Positions 21,438 through 32,000 of a DNA stretch of 64,000 nucleotides are shown here, one piece after another; the first letter of the stretch is position 1, and the number at the start of each line of letters is the position of its first letter. The stretch comes from an uncultured Spirochaetota bacterium (GTDB taxonomy: Bacteria > Spirochaetota > Spirochaetia > SZUA-6 > Fen-1364). Position numbers and translations under genes: made by a program. The stretch covers positions 39,780-103,779 of the forward strand of contig CAWJRT010000016.1 in assembly GCA_963845325.1 (NCBI GenBank), read 5' to 3'. The notes under the pieces were generated by a model that ran no database searches, was not told where the DNA came from, and worked only from the letters and a program-made list of their open reading frames with translations.

Positions 21438-24400
21438 GCCCCGAAATCTCCGAGCGCAGCTTCGAAGGGGATATCGAGCGCAGCCTGCTCCGGGCAGGGG
21501 CCTACCGAAGGCATTCCCCAGAAGACTATGACCGCGAGCTCTGTCTCATTCCGGCTGACCTTGTGGATTTCGTGGTGGCAACACAACCGAAGGAGTGGCA
21601 AAAACTCACGCAGCACCACGGCGACAACGTGCGTGAACGCTTTCTCAAGCGCGTCGCGTCTGAGATCGAAAGGCGCGGGGCACTGGATGTGCTTCGAAGC
21701 GGGATCAAGGATTCGGGCTGCAAGTTCAAGCTCGCCTACTTCCCGCCCGCAAGCGGGCTCAATGATGAGATCCGGCGACTTCATGCGGCGAACCTGTTTG
21801 CCGTTGCGCGGCAGGTTCGCTACAGCATCAAGAATGAGAACAGCCTGGACCTTGTGCTGTTTTTGAATGGTATCCCTCTTTTTACGGCGGAGCTGAAAAG
21901 CCCGCTTACGGGCCAGACTGTCGAGGAAGCAATTCGACAGTACAAGACCGATCGCGACACTCGGGAACCGCTCTTTGCCTATGGAAGGTGTCTCGCGCAT
22001 TTCGCCATCGATCCCGACCTGGTATACGTCGCCACGGAGCTCGCGGGAGAGAAGACGCGCTTCCTTCCCTTCAACAAGGGAAAGTTCGGTGGTGCAGGCA
22101 ATCCACCGGTATCTCCAACGCAGGAGGGATACTCAACGAGCTATCTCTGGGAGGACACGTGGTCCCGCGACAGTGTCCTCGACCTGGTGCGTCAGTTCGT
22201 CCATGAGGTGGAAGAAGAAGACGAGAAAGGTCGAAAGACCGGCAGGCGCTTCACGATCTTCCCTCGCTATCAGCAGCTCGATTGCGTGCGAAGGCTCGTC
22301 GCGCATGCGCGTGAAGCAGGCCCAGGGCACCGCTACCTGATCCAGCATTCGGCAGGAAGCGGCAAGAGCTTCACTATCGCTTGGCTTGCTCATCGGTTGG
22401 CCACCCTTCACGATTCCTCGGATCGGAGGGTTTTCGACTCAATCGTGGTCGTTACCGATCGACGCGTTCTCGATCGGCAGCTCCAGACGACAATGCGACA
22501 GTTCGAGCAGACCCTTGGCGTAGTGGAAAACATCGACACGACTTCACGCCAGCTCAAGGACGCCCTTGAAGGTGGAAAGACGATCATTGTTACAACGCTT
22601 CAGAAGTTTCCGGTCATCGTCGATGAGATCGGCGCGCTGCAGGGCAAACGCTTCGCGGTGATCGTCGATGAGGCGCATTCCTCTCAATCGGGAGAAAGCA
22701 CAAAGAGCCTCAAGGCCGTCCTCGCCTCCAAGTCCCTTGAGCAGGCGGAGGCCGAAGAGGCCAGCGCCCAGACGCCAGAAGAGGAGCTTGAAAACGCCGT
22801 CTTGTCAGAAATAGAAAAGCGTGGGCAGCTTCCTAATCTTTCCACTTTCGCGTTTACCGCCACGCCCAAGTCCAAGACGCTCGAGCTCTTCGGGACAAAA
22901 CGCGCGGATGGAAAATTCGAACCTTTCCACCTCTACACCATGCGTCAGGCCATCGAGGAGGGGTTCATCCTCGACGTGCTCGAAAATTACAGCACGTACA
23001 AATCGTACTGGCGACTGCTGAAAAGAATCGAAGCCGACCCGCGCTACGATCGAAAGAAAGCCGAGTACCTGCTCAAATCCTTCGTCGACCTCCATCCGCA
23101 CGCGATCGGGGAGAAAGTACGGATCTGCATGGAACATTTTGCTGCGCAGGCGCAGAATGCAATCGACGGCAAGGCAAAGGCCATGATCGTGACCCGCTCA
23201 CGGCTGCACGCGGTGCGCTTCAAGCTTGCCGCCGACAAGTACATTTCAGAGCACAAACTGCCCTTCAAGGCCCTCGTGGCATTCTCTGGCACCGTCAAGG
23301 ATGGCGGGGAGTCGTACACGGAATCCGGTATGAACGGCTTCCCTGCGGCACAAACGGCCAGGTCTTTCGATCGGCCGGAGTACAGGTTTCTCATAGTGGC
23401 CAACAAGTTTCAGACCGGCTTTGACCAGCCGCTTCTTCTCGCCATGTACGTTGACAAGAAACTCGGGGGCGTCAACGCGGTGCAGACCCTTTCCCGGCTC
23501 AATCGCACGCATTCGGGCAAGAAGGGTACGATAGTCATCGATTTCGCCAATGAAGCCGATCAGATCAAAATAGCCTTCGAACCATATTTCGAGACCACGC
23601 TCCTGTCCGAGGCGACTGATCCGAATCTGCTCTATGAGATTCAAACGCGGCTCGCAGCTTTCCCGGTTTATACGCCTGCCGACATTCACAACTTTGCTAT
23701 CCTCTACTTCAATGCCGCGACGAAACAGGACCGATTGTATTCCGCACTGGCCCCCGCGGTCACTCGCTTCCAGGCGCTATCCCAGGCTGAGCGGGAGGAA
23801 TTCCGCGGGCAGCTGACCGACTATGTGCGGCTCTATGCATTTCTGGCGCAGGTGCTCCCGTTTGCCGATTCGGACCTGGAGAAGTTCTATGCTTTTGCGC
23901 GGTACCTGCGGCGGCTGCTTCCTCCCGATCGCGCCGAGCTTCCGCGGGAGGTGCAGCAGAACATCGACATGGAGTCCTATCGCATCCAACGAACCGGCGG
24001 TGGAAAGATCGCACTGGAGCGGAGGCCAGGCATCCTGGAGCCAGTTGGGACCAAGGACAACCATGGGCCATGGACAGAGGAACTGGAGATGCTTTCGCGT
24101 ATCATTGCGATGCTGAATGAAAGATTCGGGCTCAACCTCGGCCCCGAGCATCGCCTGACCCTGGGTCAGATGATGGAAAAGCTCGACGGTGACGCAGCGC
24201 TTGATGCCGCCGCACGGGTCAACACCCGTGAGAACGTCCGTCTGACGTTCGATCAAAAAGTTGAGCGTGTGATCCAGGAGATCGTCGATTCCAACTTCGA
24301 GCTGTACAAGCGTATCACCGACGACCGCGCTTTTGGAGAAGCAATCAAGAACTTCCTTTTCGATCAGTACCTGCGCGCGCATCGAAACGCGGAAGAGCTA

Positions 24401-24871
24401 ATCAAGCGCGGTGAATCGAAGACGCTCGAGCTGAAGTCGACGCTTCGATGGAACGTGAAAGAGGACCGCCAGGACGACAAGGGGGTCACTCACGCCGCCT
24501 TGAAAAGCATCGCCGCCTTCCTCAACACGGAAGGAGGCGACTTGCTGGTCGGCGTTGCCAACGACGGCGCCATCGTCGGGATTGAGCGCGACCGGCTGGA
24601 AAACGACGACAAGTTCATGCTTCATCTCGCGCAGGTTGTCCGCAACGGCCTTGGCGACCGCGCAGGGACGTGCATCGACCCCAAGACGCAGATTGTGCAA
24701 GGAAAAACTGTCTGCGTGGTGAGCTGCCAACGAAGTCCCGAGCCGGTGTTCCTGAAATGGAAAGGGATGGAATCAAACCCAGACGGAGACTTCTTTGTGA
24801 GAAGCGGTCCAGGGACGGTGAAGCTCTCGCCTGAAAGCGCCAAGGAATACATAAAGACCCGCTTCAAATAA
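21434..24871 (+). CDS. hsdR: Type I restriction enzyme R subunit HsdR with a C-terminal AlbA_2 / Schlafen-like (divergent AAA) DNA-binding domain.
   Basis: It has the HsdR N-terminal nuclease region, the SF2 helicase motifs (LIQHSAGSGKSF Walker A, VIVDEAHSSQSG DEAH box) and HsdR C-domains. The last ~150 aa (KSTLRWNV...LNTEGGDLLVGVANDGAIVGIERD...DKFMLHLAQVV) match the AlbA_2/PF04326 pattern. A strong SD (GGAGGAGG) precedes the ATG. Confidence 0.9.
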   Translation: MSPEISERSFEGDIERSLLRAGAYRRHSPEDYDRELCLIPADLVDFVVATQPKEWQKLTQHHGDNVRERFLKRVASEIERRGALDVLRSGIKDSGCKFKLAYFPPASGLNDEIRRLHAANLFAVARQVRYSIKNENSLDLVLFLNGIPLFTAELKSPLTGQTVEEAIRQYKTDRDTREPLFAYGRCLAHFAIDPDLVYVATELAGEKTRFLPFNKGKFGGAGNPPVSPTQEGYSTSYLWEDTWSRDSVLDLVRQFVHEVEEEDEKGRKTGRRFTIFPRYQQLDCVRRLVAHAREAGPGHRYLIQHSAGSGKSFTIAWLAHRLATLHDSSDRRVFDSIVVVTDRRVLDRQLQTTMRQFEQTLGVVENIDTTSRQLKDALEGGKTIIVTTLQKFPVIVDEIGALQGKRFAVIVDEAHSSQSGESTKSLKAVLASKSLEQAEAEEASAQTPEEELENAVLSEIEKRGQLPNLSTFAFTATPKSKTLELFGTKRADGKFEPFHLYTMRQAIEEGFILDVLENYSTYKSYWRLLKRIEADPRYDRKKAEYLLKSFVDLHPHAIGEKVRICMEHFAAQAQNAIDGKAKAMIVTRSRLHAVRFKLAADKYISEHKLPFKALVAFSGTVKDGGESYTESGMNGFPAAQTARSFDRPEYRFLIVANKFQTGFDQPLLLAMYVDKKLGGVNAVQTLSRLNRTHSGKKGTIVIDFANEADQIKIAFEPYFETTLLSEATDPNLLYEIQTRLAAFPVYTPADIHNFAILYFNAATKQDRLYSALAPAVTRFQALSQAEREEFRGQLTDYVRLYAFLAQVLPFADSDLEKFYAFARYLRRLLPPDRAELPREVQQNIDMESYRIQRTGGGKIALERRPGILEPVGTKDNHGPWTEELEMLSRIIAMLNERFGLNLGPEHRLTLGQMMEKLDGDAALDAAARVNTRENVRLTFDQKVERVIQEIVDSNFELYKRITDDRAFGEAIKNFLFDQYLRAHRNAEELIKRGESKTLELKSTLRWNVKEDRQDDKGVTHAALKSIAAFLNTEGGDLLVGVANDGAIVGIERDRLENDDKFMLHLAQVVRNGLGDRAGTCIDPKTQIVQGKTVCVVSCQRSPEPVFLKWKGMESNPDGDFFVRSGPGTVKLSPESAKEYIKTRFK

Positions 24872-24930
24872 TCGAGAAGGAGCGGTCGTCTTCCGCCGGC
24901 GTGAGGCGGATCAGGGCGGTATTGGAGTAG
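24863..24930. repeat. Direct repeat DR-R. This is a displaced, degenerate copy of the alaS 3' end (it encodes ...EKERSSSAGVRRIRAVLE*) and it contains the hsdR stop codon.
   Basis: ttcaaataatcgagaaggagcggtcgtcttccgccggcgtgaggcggatcagggcggtattggagtag. The identical core is 24898-24920. It has two extra nt relative to DR-L, so it is not in the alaS frame. Confidence 0.8.
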
Positions 24931-25005
24931 CTCCCCAGGGCTTCACGGCGCCGGCTGCGCGGTCGCCCGGCCCTGGGGCCCCTTTCGCGCCGCCTTCGGC
25001 CGTCG

Positions 25006-26106
25006 CTACGGCTTCTGCAGCTTTTCCAGCAGCTCGCCGATCCCGAGGTTCTTGATCCCCATCCGCTGGGCGCGGGTAAGCACTTCCAGCGCCTTGTCCC
25101 TCTTGTCAAGCGCGAGCCAGCTCTGGGCCACCTCGATGTAGAGCCGGGGGTTCTTCGCGTCGTTCACCATGAGCCCCGAAAGACTCTCGATTGCCTCCAG
25201 GTAGTTGCCCTTTTCCTTGTTGATGAGCGCGAGACCCAGCACGGCGTAGCTGTCGAACTCGATGTTCAGTGCCTTGCTGTAATAGTCACGGGCGGTATCG
25301 AGCTGGTTCATCGCCCGATAGGAATCCCCGATCCGCGTGAGGATCACCTTGTTATCTGGGTCAGCGTCCAGGATCTTCTGCCAGTAGAAAAGGGACTCCT
25401 GGGGATCGTTCATGCCCCGGTAGCAGTCCGCAAGGCCGAAGAGCGCGTAGAAATTGTTCGGCTGGATGTCCAGGGCCTTCTTGAAATACGGGATGCCCTT
25501 CTCGTAGGTCTTCAGCTTGCGGTAGCAGTTTCCGATGGACGTGAGCACCCAGATGTTCTTCGGATCCTTTTCGTGCATGCGTTCCCAGTAGGTGAGCGCT
25601 TCACGGTACTCCTTGAGATCGAAGTGGAGGTAGCCCAGCCCGGTCAGGGCGTAGGGGTTGCCGGGATCGATCTCCAGGATTTTATGGTAGATTTCCTTCG
25701 ACCTGCTGAAATCCAGGACCTTGCGATAGGCATCTGCGATCCTCGTCAGGACCGTCACGTCGCTGTCCCCCTGGGCAAGGTACTTTTCCCATATCTCGAT
25801 TGCCCGGTGAAACTGTTTCAGCGATCGATAGCTGTCGGCCAGCCCGACAAGGGCGTACTTGTTGCCCACGTGGTAGCCGAGGCATTCCTCGTAGTAACGG
25901 ATGGCTTCGTGGTAGGACTTGCGCTTGCGCGCCGCGTCTCCCATCCCGACAAGGGCGTAGTTGTTCTGCGGCTCGACCTCCAGGATGCGGCGGAAGTTCT
26001 CCTCCGCCTCTGCAATGTGGTCTTCCTTGAGGAGCTGGTAGCCCCGCTTGGAAAGCTCTGAAATCGAAACCGGAACGGGTCCCGGTACTTTTTCTTCACT
26101 GCTCAT
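25006..26106 (-). CDS. TPR-repeat protein.
   Basis: 366 aa made of consecutive 34-aa TPR units (W-LG-Y-A-F-A-P signature, e.g. YALVGLADSYRSLKQFHRAIEIWEKYL). Confidence 0.8.
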   Translation of the reverse strand: MSSEEKVPGPVPVSISELSKRGYQLLKEDHIAEAEENFRRILEVEPQNNYALVGMGDAARKRKSYHEAIRYYEECLGYHVGNKYALVGLADSYRSLKQFHRAIEIWEKYLAQGDSDVTVLTRIADAYRKVLDFSRSKEIYHKILEIDPGNPYALTGLGYLHFDLKEYREALTYWERMHEKDPKNIWVLTSIGNCYRKLKTYEKGIPYFKKALDIQPNNFYALFGLADCYRGMNDPQESLFYWQKILDADPDNKVILTRIGDSYRAMNQLDTARDYYSKALNIEFDSYAVLGLALINKEKGNYLEAIESLSGLMVNDAKNPRLYIEVAQSWLALDKRDKALEVLTRAQRMGIKNLGIGELLEKLQKP

Positions 26107-26449
26107 GCAATTCCGTTTTCCCTTCTGCCAGCCAGTGTTTCACTACCTGCGCGATCTTCTCTACGACATCGGCAGTCCTGTCCGGAGCAGGCGCGACCCA
26201 GTACAATTTCAGCGCTTCGAGGGGCTTCCCCTCCTTGAGGTACCGGTCTCCGACGCGAATGAGACCATCAGAGTACTTTGTTGTGACAAAAATTCGCTGG
26301 GCGAGAGCCAACTCCCCCCTGTTGTACAGCTCGTTACCCTTCCGGATGAGTGCAGCCCTCTTCTCACGGGGGAGAGGCGCGGCGTGTTCCACACCAATTT
26401 TCAAAAAACCGCCGGAAGGCAACTTTTTCAGGATGTCATGTGCGCTCAT
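26096..26449 (-). CDS. Hypothetical protein, probably co-transcribed with the TPR gene.
   Basis: ~118-aa ORF with an 11-nt overlap with the TPR gene start. No recognisable domain. Confidence 0.4.
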   Translation of the reverse strand: MSAHDILKKLPSGGFLKIGVEHAAPLPREKRAALIRKGNELYNRGELALAQRIFVTTKYSDGLIRVGDRYLKEGKPLEALKLYWVAPAPDRTADVVEKIAQVVKHWLAEGKTELHEQ

Positions 26450-26526
26450 CCCGACCTTCCAGATCAAGATACTTGATCCGATGCAGAGAGTAAATACCTC
26501 CCGAATTGCAGGGCTTTGACAGTGGC

Positions 26527-27108
26527 CTATCCAATCCGGCCTTTCGATGACATCTCCCTGCCGTCCGGGGAGTATGCCTGCCGCAGCGCCCTGCCCAGCG
26601 CCTTGAACGCAGACTCCGCCATGTGGTGGCTGTTCCCGCCCCGCCGAACATCAACGTGAAGGCTGATCCTGGCCTGCGAGGAGAAGCCCGTGAAGAACTC
26701 CCGCAACAGCGAGACGTCGAACGTGCCGGCGTAGGGCTGCGGAAAATCGGCGTTCAGGGAGAGGGTCGGCCTCCCGCAGACATCTATCGTCACCTCCGAC
26801 AGCGCCTCGTCCATCGGGACAACCGCGTGACCGAAGCGGATGACCGACCCTTTCTCGAGAATCGCCGAAAACGCCTGCCCGAGGACGATTCCGACGTCCT
26901 CCACGAGATGGTGAGCATCCACGTCGATGTCTCCCGTGCCGTTCACGGTGAGAAAGAAACGGCCGTGGAAGGCCATGCTCGTCAGCATGTGATCCAGGAA
27001 AGGAAGCCCCGTGCGGACAGCCGGCTGGGCATCACTTTCCGGGTCAAGCGTGACGGAAATGTCCGTCTCGCGCGTTTTCCTCTGTATGGTCACTCTCCGG
27101 GACGTCAC
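26527..27108 (-). CDS. hisB: Imidazoleglycerol-phosphate dehydratase.
   Basis: Full-length IGPD with the conserved motifs RKTRETDISV, HHLVEDVGIVLG and GGNSHHMAESAFKALGRALR. Confidence 0.9.
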   Translation of the reverse strand: MTSRRVTIQRKTRETDISVTLDPESDAQPAVRTGLPFLDHMLTSMAFHGRFFLTVNGTGDIDVDAHHLVEDVGIVLGQAFSAILEKGSVIRFGHAVVPMDEALSEVTIDVCGRPTLSLNADFPQPYAGTFDVSLLREFFTGFSSQARISLHVDVRRGGNSHHMAESAFKALGRALRQAYSPDGREMSSKGRIG

Positions 27109-27172
27109 AAAGCTATTGTATGCGCGGGACGGGGAAAATCAAGGAGAGGGTTGCCGCGCGCAGGGGAGAGCT

Positions 27173-28924
27173 CTACTCCCTCTCGTGGAGGAGAACCTTC
27201 AGCTGCTTGATCTCGTTGACCAGCTTGTCGCGGCTCATTTCCCGGAAGCGCCGCGGCACCATCTCGCGGCTCGTGCACTCGAGGACGGCCACGAGGTTCT
27301 GCAGCTCGATTTCGTGCGGGTACGCGGGGGGCATGAAGTCCTGGATGGTTTCCTCCAGGTCGCCCCTGGTGACAAAGACGTGGTTGTTCATGGCGGAGAG
27401 GAACTTGGCGCGGATGAGCACCGATTCGAGGTCCGCGCCGGAGAACTCGTACTTGTACCGGCGGAACAGCTCCGCGACGTTCGTTTTCTGCATGCGCAGC
27501 GAGAGCTTCTTCACGAGCGTGGAGAACAGGTCCTCCTTTTCATCGATGGTCTCGGGGTAAAACAGGGCCAAGTGCTCCTCGGCCCTTCCCTGCCGCTTGA
27601 GGTCGATCGGGAGGAGGTCGGGCCGGCAGGTGATGAGGAACCAGATGATCTTGCCCCGGTACTCGGTGTTTCCCATGAATGATGCGATCTGGGCAAAGAT
27701 GCGGTTGCTCGTCCCCGAGTCACCGTCCTGGTTTCTGTCCCCCAGAAAGGCGTCTGCCTCGTCGATCATCACACCGACGGGCGCCATGGCCTTGAGGATA
27801 TTCAGGATCTTTTCGAGGTTGCTCTCGGTGACTCCCTGCCACTTGGAACGGAAGTTGCGGAACTTCACAATGGGGATGCCGATCTCCCCCGTGAATGCGG
27901 TCACCATGAAGCTCTTCCCCGTGCCGACCGGACCGGCAATCAGGTAGCCCATTGGCAGGACGTCGAACCGGCTGTCGCGAATTGCCCGGGCGGCGCTGCG
28001 GAAGCGCTTCTTGACGAAATCGTGGCCCGAAACGGCGGAAAGGTCATGCTCGCTTTCGATGAACTCCAGGAGACCGACTGCCTCCGCCTCGATGATCTGC
28101 TTCTTCTTTTCCTTGAGGTACGAGAGGTTGATCTCCCGGTCTTCCTGGAAGCTCTCAGCCGAGAGCTGGTTGAGGTTCACCAGGTTGAGACCGCTGGTGA
28201 TCCCGGCGAACTCGGGAATGGTGAGGGAACCTTCGAGGAGCAGCTTGCCGCTCCTGTCCAGGTAGTGCAGGAAGCTCTCGCGCACCTTCTCATCCGGGAT
28301 GGGGATATTCACCTTGATGGCGCTGGGTGAGCGCACGATGGTGGGGTTGAGATCAGAGAGGTTCTCCGTCAGCAGGATGATCGAGACGTCGCCCTGCGTG
28401 AAAATGGGGTCGTTCGCCCACCGATTGAGAGTGACGAGGCAGTACCGGTCCTCGTCGGTATAGCGCGAGATGTCGGTATTGGGGACAACGGTTTCGGAGT
28501 AGTCGATGATGAGGACGATCCTCTTGCTGAGCGTGATGTTGGCGTAGAAATACCGCTCCAGCTGCGTGAGCGCGCGAACCGGGTTGCGCGAGAGCAGGCT
28601 CCCGGGCGTCGCCTTGGGCGACAACTGCTTCATCTTTGCCAGGTAGTCGTGCTTCATCTCGGGTTTGCAGAAGCTCACCCCCGAGGAACGGTCGTAGAAC
28701 ACGATGATGTCACGGTTGCCGAACAGCACCTCTGCGACATAATCCTGGATCTTGGCGAAGTTGAACTCCCCCTCCTTCATCTTGTGAGGGAGAAAATCGC
28801 GGATGTTGCCGGAGAGCAGGTAGAGGTTCGCGGTTTTCGAGCAGTACTTGTACGAAAGCTCCTGCGCCCAGGCAGGAAGCACCTTGATAAAGGGCAAATT
28901 CTTGACAATGAGCTGTTCGGCCAT
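27173..28924 (-). CDS. AAA+ ATPase with a ~330-aa N-terminal domain of unknown function.
   Basis: The C-terminal AAA module has Walker A GPVGTGKS, Walker B VGVMIDEAD and a sensor-2/arginine-finger region (FSGADLESV). The N-terminal two thirds has no recognisable motif. Confidence 0.75.
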   Translation of the reverse strand: MAEQLIVKNLPFIKVLPAWAQELSYKYCSKTANLYLLSGNIRDFLPHKMKEGEFNFAKIQDYVAEVLFGNRDIIVFYDRSSGVSFCKPEMKHDYLAKMKQLSPKATPGSLLSRNPVRALTQLERYFYANITLSKRIVLIIDYSETVVPNTDISRYTDEDRYCLVTLNRWANDPIFTQGDVSIILLTENLSDLNPTIVRSPSAIKVNIPIPDEKVRESFLHYLDRSGKLLLEGSLTIPEFAGITSGLNLVNLNQLSAESFQEDREINLSYLKEKKKQIIEAEAVGLLEFIESEHDLSAVSGHDFVKKRFRSAARAIRDSRFDVLPMGYLIAGPVGTGKSFMVTAFTGEIGIPIVKFRNFRSKWQGVTESNLEKILNILKAMAPVGVMIDEADAFLGDRNQDGDSGTSNRIFAQIASFMGNTEYRGKIIWFLITCRPDLLPIDLKRQGRAEEHLALFYPETIDEKEDLFSTLVKKLSLRMQKTNVAELFRRYKYEFSGADLESVLIRAKFLSAMNNHVFVTRGDLEETIQDFMPPAYPHEIELQNLVAVLECTSREMVPRRFREMSRDKLVNEIKQLKVLLHERE

Positions 28925-29057
28925 CGTTCCCCTCCCCAGGCGAATGACGAACTGAAGACAAGTATAGGCCCAAGGGAGAGAACCGTCAATTCATGACCGC
29001 GGTATCTGGGGAAAAGGGCACGCAGTGCCGGCCGCGCCATTGCGGTGCGCGAAGTGC

Positions 29058-32000
29058 TCAGACCAGCTTGCGCTCCCGGGCTTCTTCCATGATCATGCGA
29101 TTCCACTTGTTCCGCCAGAGAAACGAGCTTCTCTCGCCGGGTGCGTCGATCCTGCTCGCGCGCTCCTGGAGCGTCTTGAGGCTCTTGCTCAGCACCGTCA
29201 CCTTGTCGTCGACTTCCTCGGAACCCGCCTCGGGAAGCACCTGGGAGTACAGGTAGTTGAACCACGCCGCGCGGGGATCCTCCTCGAGAGATTTCTGCCC
29301 CCGCGTGAGCTGGTGCAGCTCACGGATTGCCTCGTCGCGGACCCCTCGCAGTCCCAGAAGGTACGCGCGCATTCCCAGGAGGCTTCTCTGCAGCAGCGCG
29401 CTTCCGCGGCTGAGCTTGAAGCACCGCCCTTCGACCGGAGAGAAGCCGTCCTGCCACGTCACCCCCTCCGGTGCCGGGAAGCGCGACTCCGTGGTGAGCG
29501 CGAGCGCCCGCTCGATGAACAGGCTCGCGTTTTCCAGCGTGCCCGAGAAGAGGCAGCCCTCGGCCTGGAAGAGGAGGACCTCCCGGGTCTGCTCCGAGAG
29601 GCTTTCGAGGAGACGCGTGCCCGCGGCGATCTCGTCCCGGTGCAGGAATGTCCTTCCCAGCCACGCGCGGAGAACGGGCAACGCCTCGTCCAGTGAATAC
29701 AGTGTTGCCAGGCACAGGCACGACTGGAGGTCCAGGGAGCATTCGTCGTACGCGCCCACCTGGAAGCGGGTGCGGGCCTTCAGGAAAAGAAGGAACAGCT
29801 CAACCTCCCGCCGAAAGAGCTTCCGCGCCGCTCCCAGCCCCTGCTCGATGACGGAGAGGCACTGTGTGTATCGGCCGTCAATGAAGAGGCAGTTGGAGAG
29901 GTAGGCCAGGGTCCAGAGCATTCCCGGGCGCGTCCTGGGCCTCGTGGCAGAGGCGCTGCGAGAGTGCAAGGTACTCGACGGCCTCTCCCAGCCGGCCCTC
30001 GGCGAGCATGGCAGCTCCCAGCCAGAGGTAGCACGCTCTCTCCCCCCTCAGGACGGGTGCATCCCCGTTGTCGTCGCGCGGCTCCTGGTAAAGAAGGAGC
30101 GCCTTCTTGAGCTCGTCCAGGGCCATCGTCGCATTCCCGCCCGAGAGGAAGTATTTCCCCCTCTCGATCAGCACTTCGCCCCGCAGCGACGGGTTGAGAT
30201 CGGCGGAGGCCAGTTTTTTTGCTTCGGTCTGCGCCGTCTCCGCGGCCTCTTCATTGCGCTGGAGAAGCGCCGCCCGCAGCCTGCCCAGAGCGGCAACCGC
30301 CGCGAGGTCCCGGGCCTGCGCCGCGGTGGGAGCCACGGAAAACTCGAGCGTCCGGGGATCGCAGAATGCGGCAGCACCCGCCGGATCGCACTCGTCGAGC
30401 TTGCGCCTGATGATTTCAGGCAGGATGCGGAGGGCGGGCCCGGTCTTCCCGTTGCGGGCAAGAAAAATGAAGAGAAGGACCGGGTGGCGGTATCTTCCCG
30501 TTTCCCAGAGCGCCGTCATGTGCGCGATGAAGCGCTCCCTGAACGCAGTTCCCTCCTTGTCCAGGAGCTCCTCGAGCTTCCGGCGGAGCGTCGGAAACCG
30601 TGGGATGAGGTCGCGGTCGTCGGCTATCAATCCCGCGGCCAGCAGCTCGGAAAGGGAACGCGCCACGGTGGCTGCGTCGAAACCGGCATCCCCGAGGAAC
30701 GAGAGAAACCCCTGTCGGTCGAGCAGCCCGCCCGCAAGGTACAGCGCGTACAGGAGAAGATAGGTGTCATCGTGCAGGTTGCGGATCAGGAACCAGGAGA
30801 CCGAGAGAGGGTTCACCGGGAGCGCCGGTCCGTCTTCACCGCCGCTGCTCCATTCGTGGCCGCTCGGGGTCGAACGGATGCGACCGGTCCGGTCCAGGTA
30901 CTGCAGGTAGGCGACCACGGAAATATACAAGCCCCCCGACCTCCGCCTCAGCCTGCGGGTCAGGGACTCCGGCATGGCAAGGCCGGGATACAGGTGCTGG
31001 GCGAGGGATCGTATCTCCCGTTTTCCCATGGGGTGGACGTAGAGGCGATGCAGGTCGAGCCCGGGCAGGTCACCCGATGTCGGGGGCGAGATGCTGGAAA
31101 CAACCGGCACGAAACCGGGGCTTGCCAGCAGATCATCGAACAGCCGTGCGATGACCTTGCGGGCGGCCGGGTGGTACCCGTCGATTCCGTCGCAGATGAA
31201 GAGGGCCGGGCTGAGCGATTCAGCGGCCATCCTGGTCCAGGCCAGCAGGTACAGCCGGTAGCCGAGATAAAAATCATCCAGGATCCGGTCCGGCAGGGGG
31301 TGCGCCTCTCCTTTTCCGCCGTGAACGGCAGGGTCCTGGAGCCAGGTCAGCAGCGGCCCGACATCTCCCCACGCGGCCAGCTCGGGGCCGTGCAGGAGGG
31401 AAGGGACGCGGCCAAGGAGGGAGGGGATGAGACTGGACAGGAACGGATGCAGCGGTGAACGCCGCTTGAAAATCGTGCGCATCCTCAGGCCCGGCGCTGC
31501 CCCGGTGCGAAGCAGCCGCGCGGCAAGCTCACCGAGCAGAGCGGTTTTCCCCACACCGGATGGCCCGTGCACCCAAAGCACGTCCCGTCCCTCGCCGAGG
31601 TTCAGCCTCGGCGAAACAAGATCCAGCGCACGCGTCACCAGGGTTTCACGGATCCAGGCCCGCGCCGCGCCGGGAGGGGTCCCGCGGCATCCGCAGGGCG
31701 TCGGAGCCCGAGCACCCGGTACAGGGAGCCGGACATCTCGCAATCAAACGAATCGGCAAAAAGAGCCGCGCACTCGGAAGCGATCCACAGCTGGTCATCG
31801 ACCTCGGCGCCCTCGAGGAGCCGCTGGGTGGAGTCGGCGGGGAATCCCCCCGGCCCTTCCTTCAGCGGCGCCACGACGACGGAGAATCCGAAGAGCTCGG
31901 ACCGGCGAGCGGCAAGCGAATCACGGACCCTCCACGCCGCGGCTGCCGCGGCCCCCGCGTCCAGCTCCTCCTCCGGTCCCAGCTCAGCAAGCCACACGCC

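Larger units (their letters stand above)
16284..24862 (+). mobile_element. Integrated defence island (~8.6 kb) carrying a type I R-M system with an embedded AbiE toxin-antitoxin pair. It is inserted at the alaS 3' end and no integrase is present in the window.
   Basis: It is flanked by the imperfect direct repeat of the alaS 3' end (16218-16283 / 24863-24930). By eye, hsdM and especially the hsdS region are less GC-rich than the surrounding DNA. All five genes are co-oriented and tightly packed with overlapping stop/start codons. Confidence 0.6.

Noticed and set aside
16284-24862. Integrase/excisionase or tRNA at the island borders.
   Set aside because: No recombinase-like ORF and no tRNA-like structure were found within or immediately beside the island. 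The element is reported as an integrase-less island rather than a prophage or ICE.
24931-25005. Possible intrinsic terminator (CCCCAGGG ... CCCTGGGG inverted repeat) after the displaced alaS tail.
   Set aside because: The loop is ~30 nt and there is no T-tract. It may still be a GC-rich bidirectional stem-loop, but it cannot be supported as a terminator from sequence alone.
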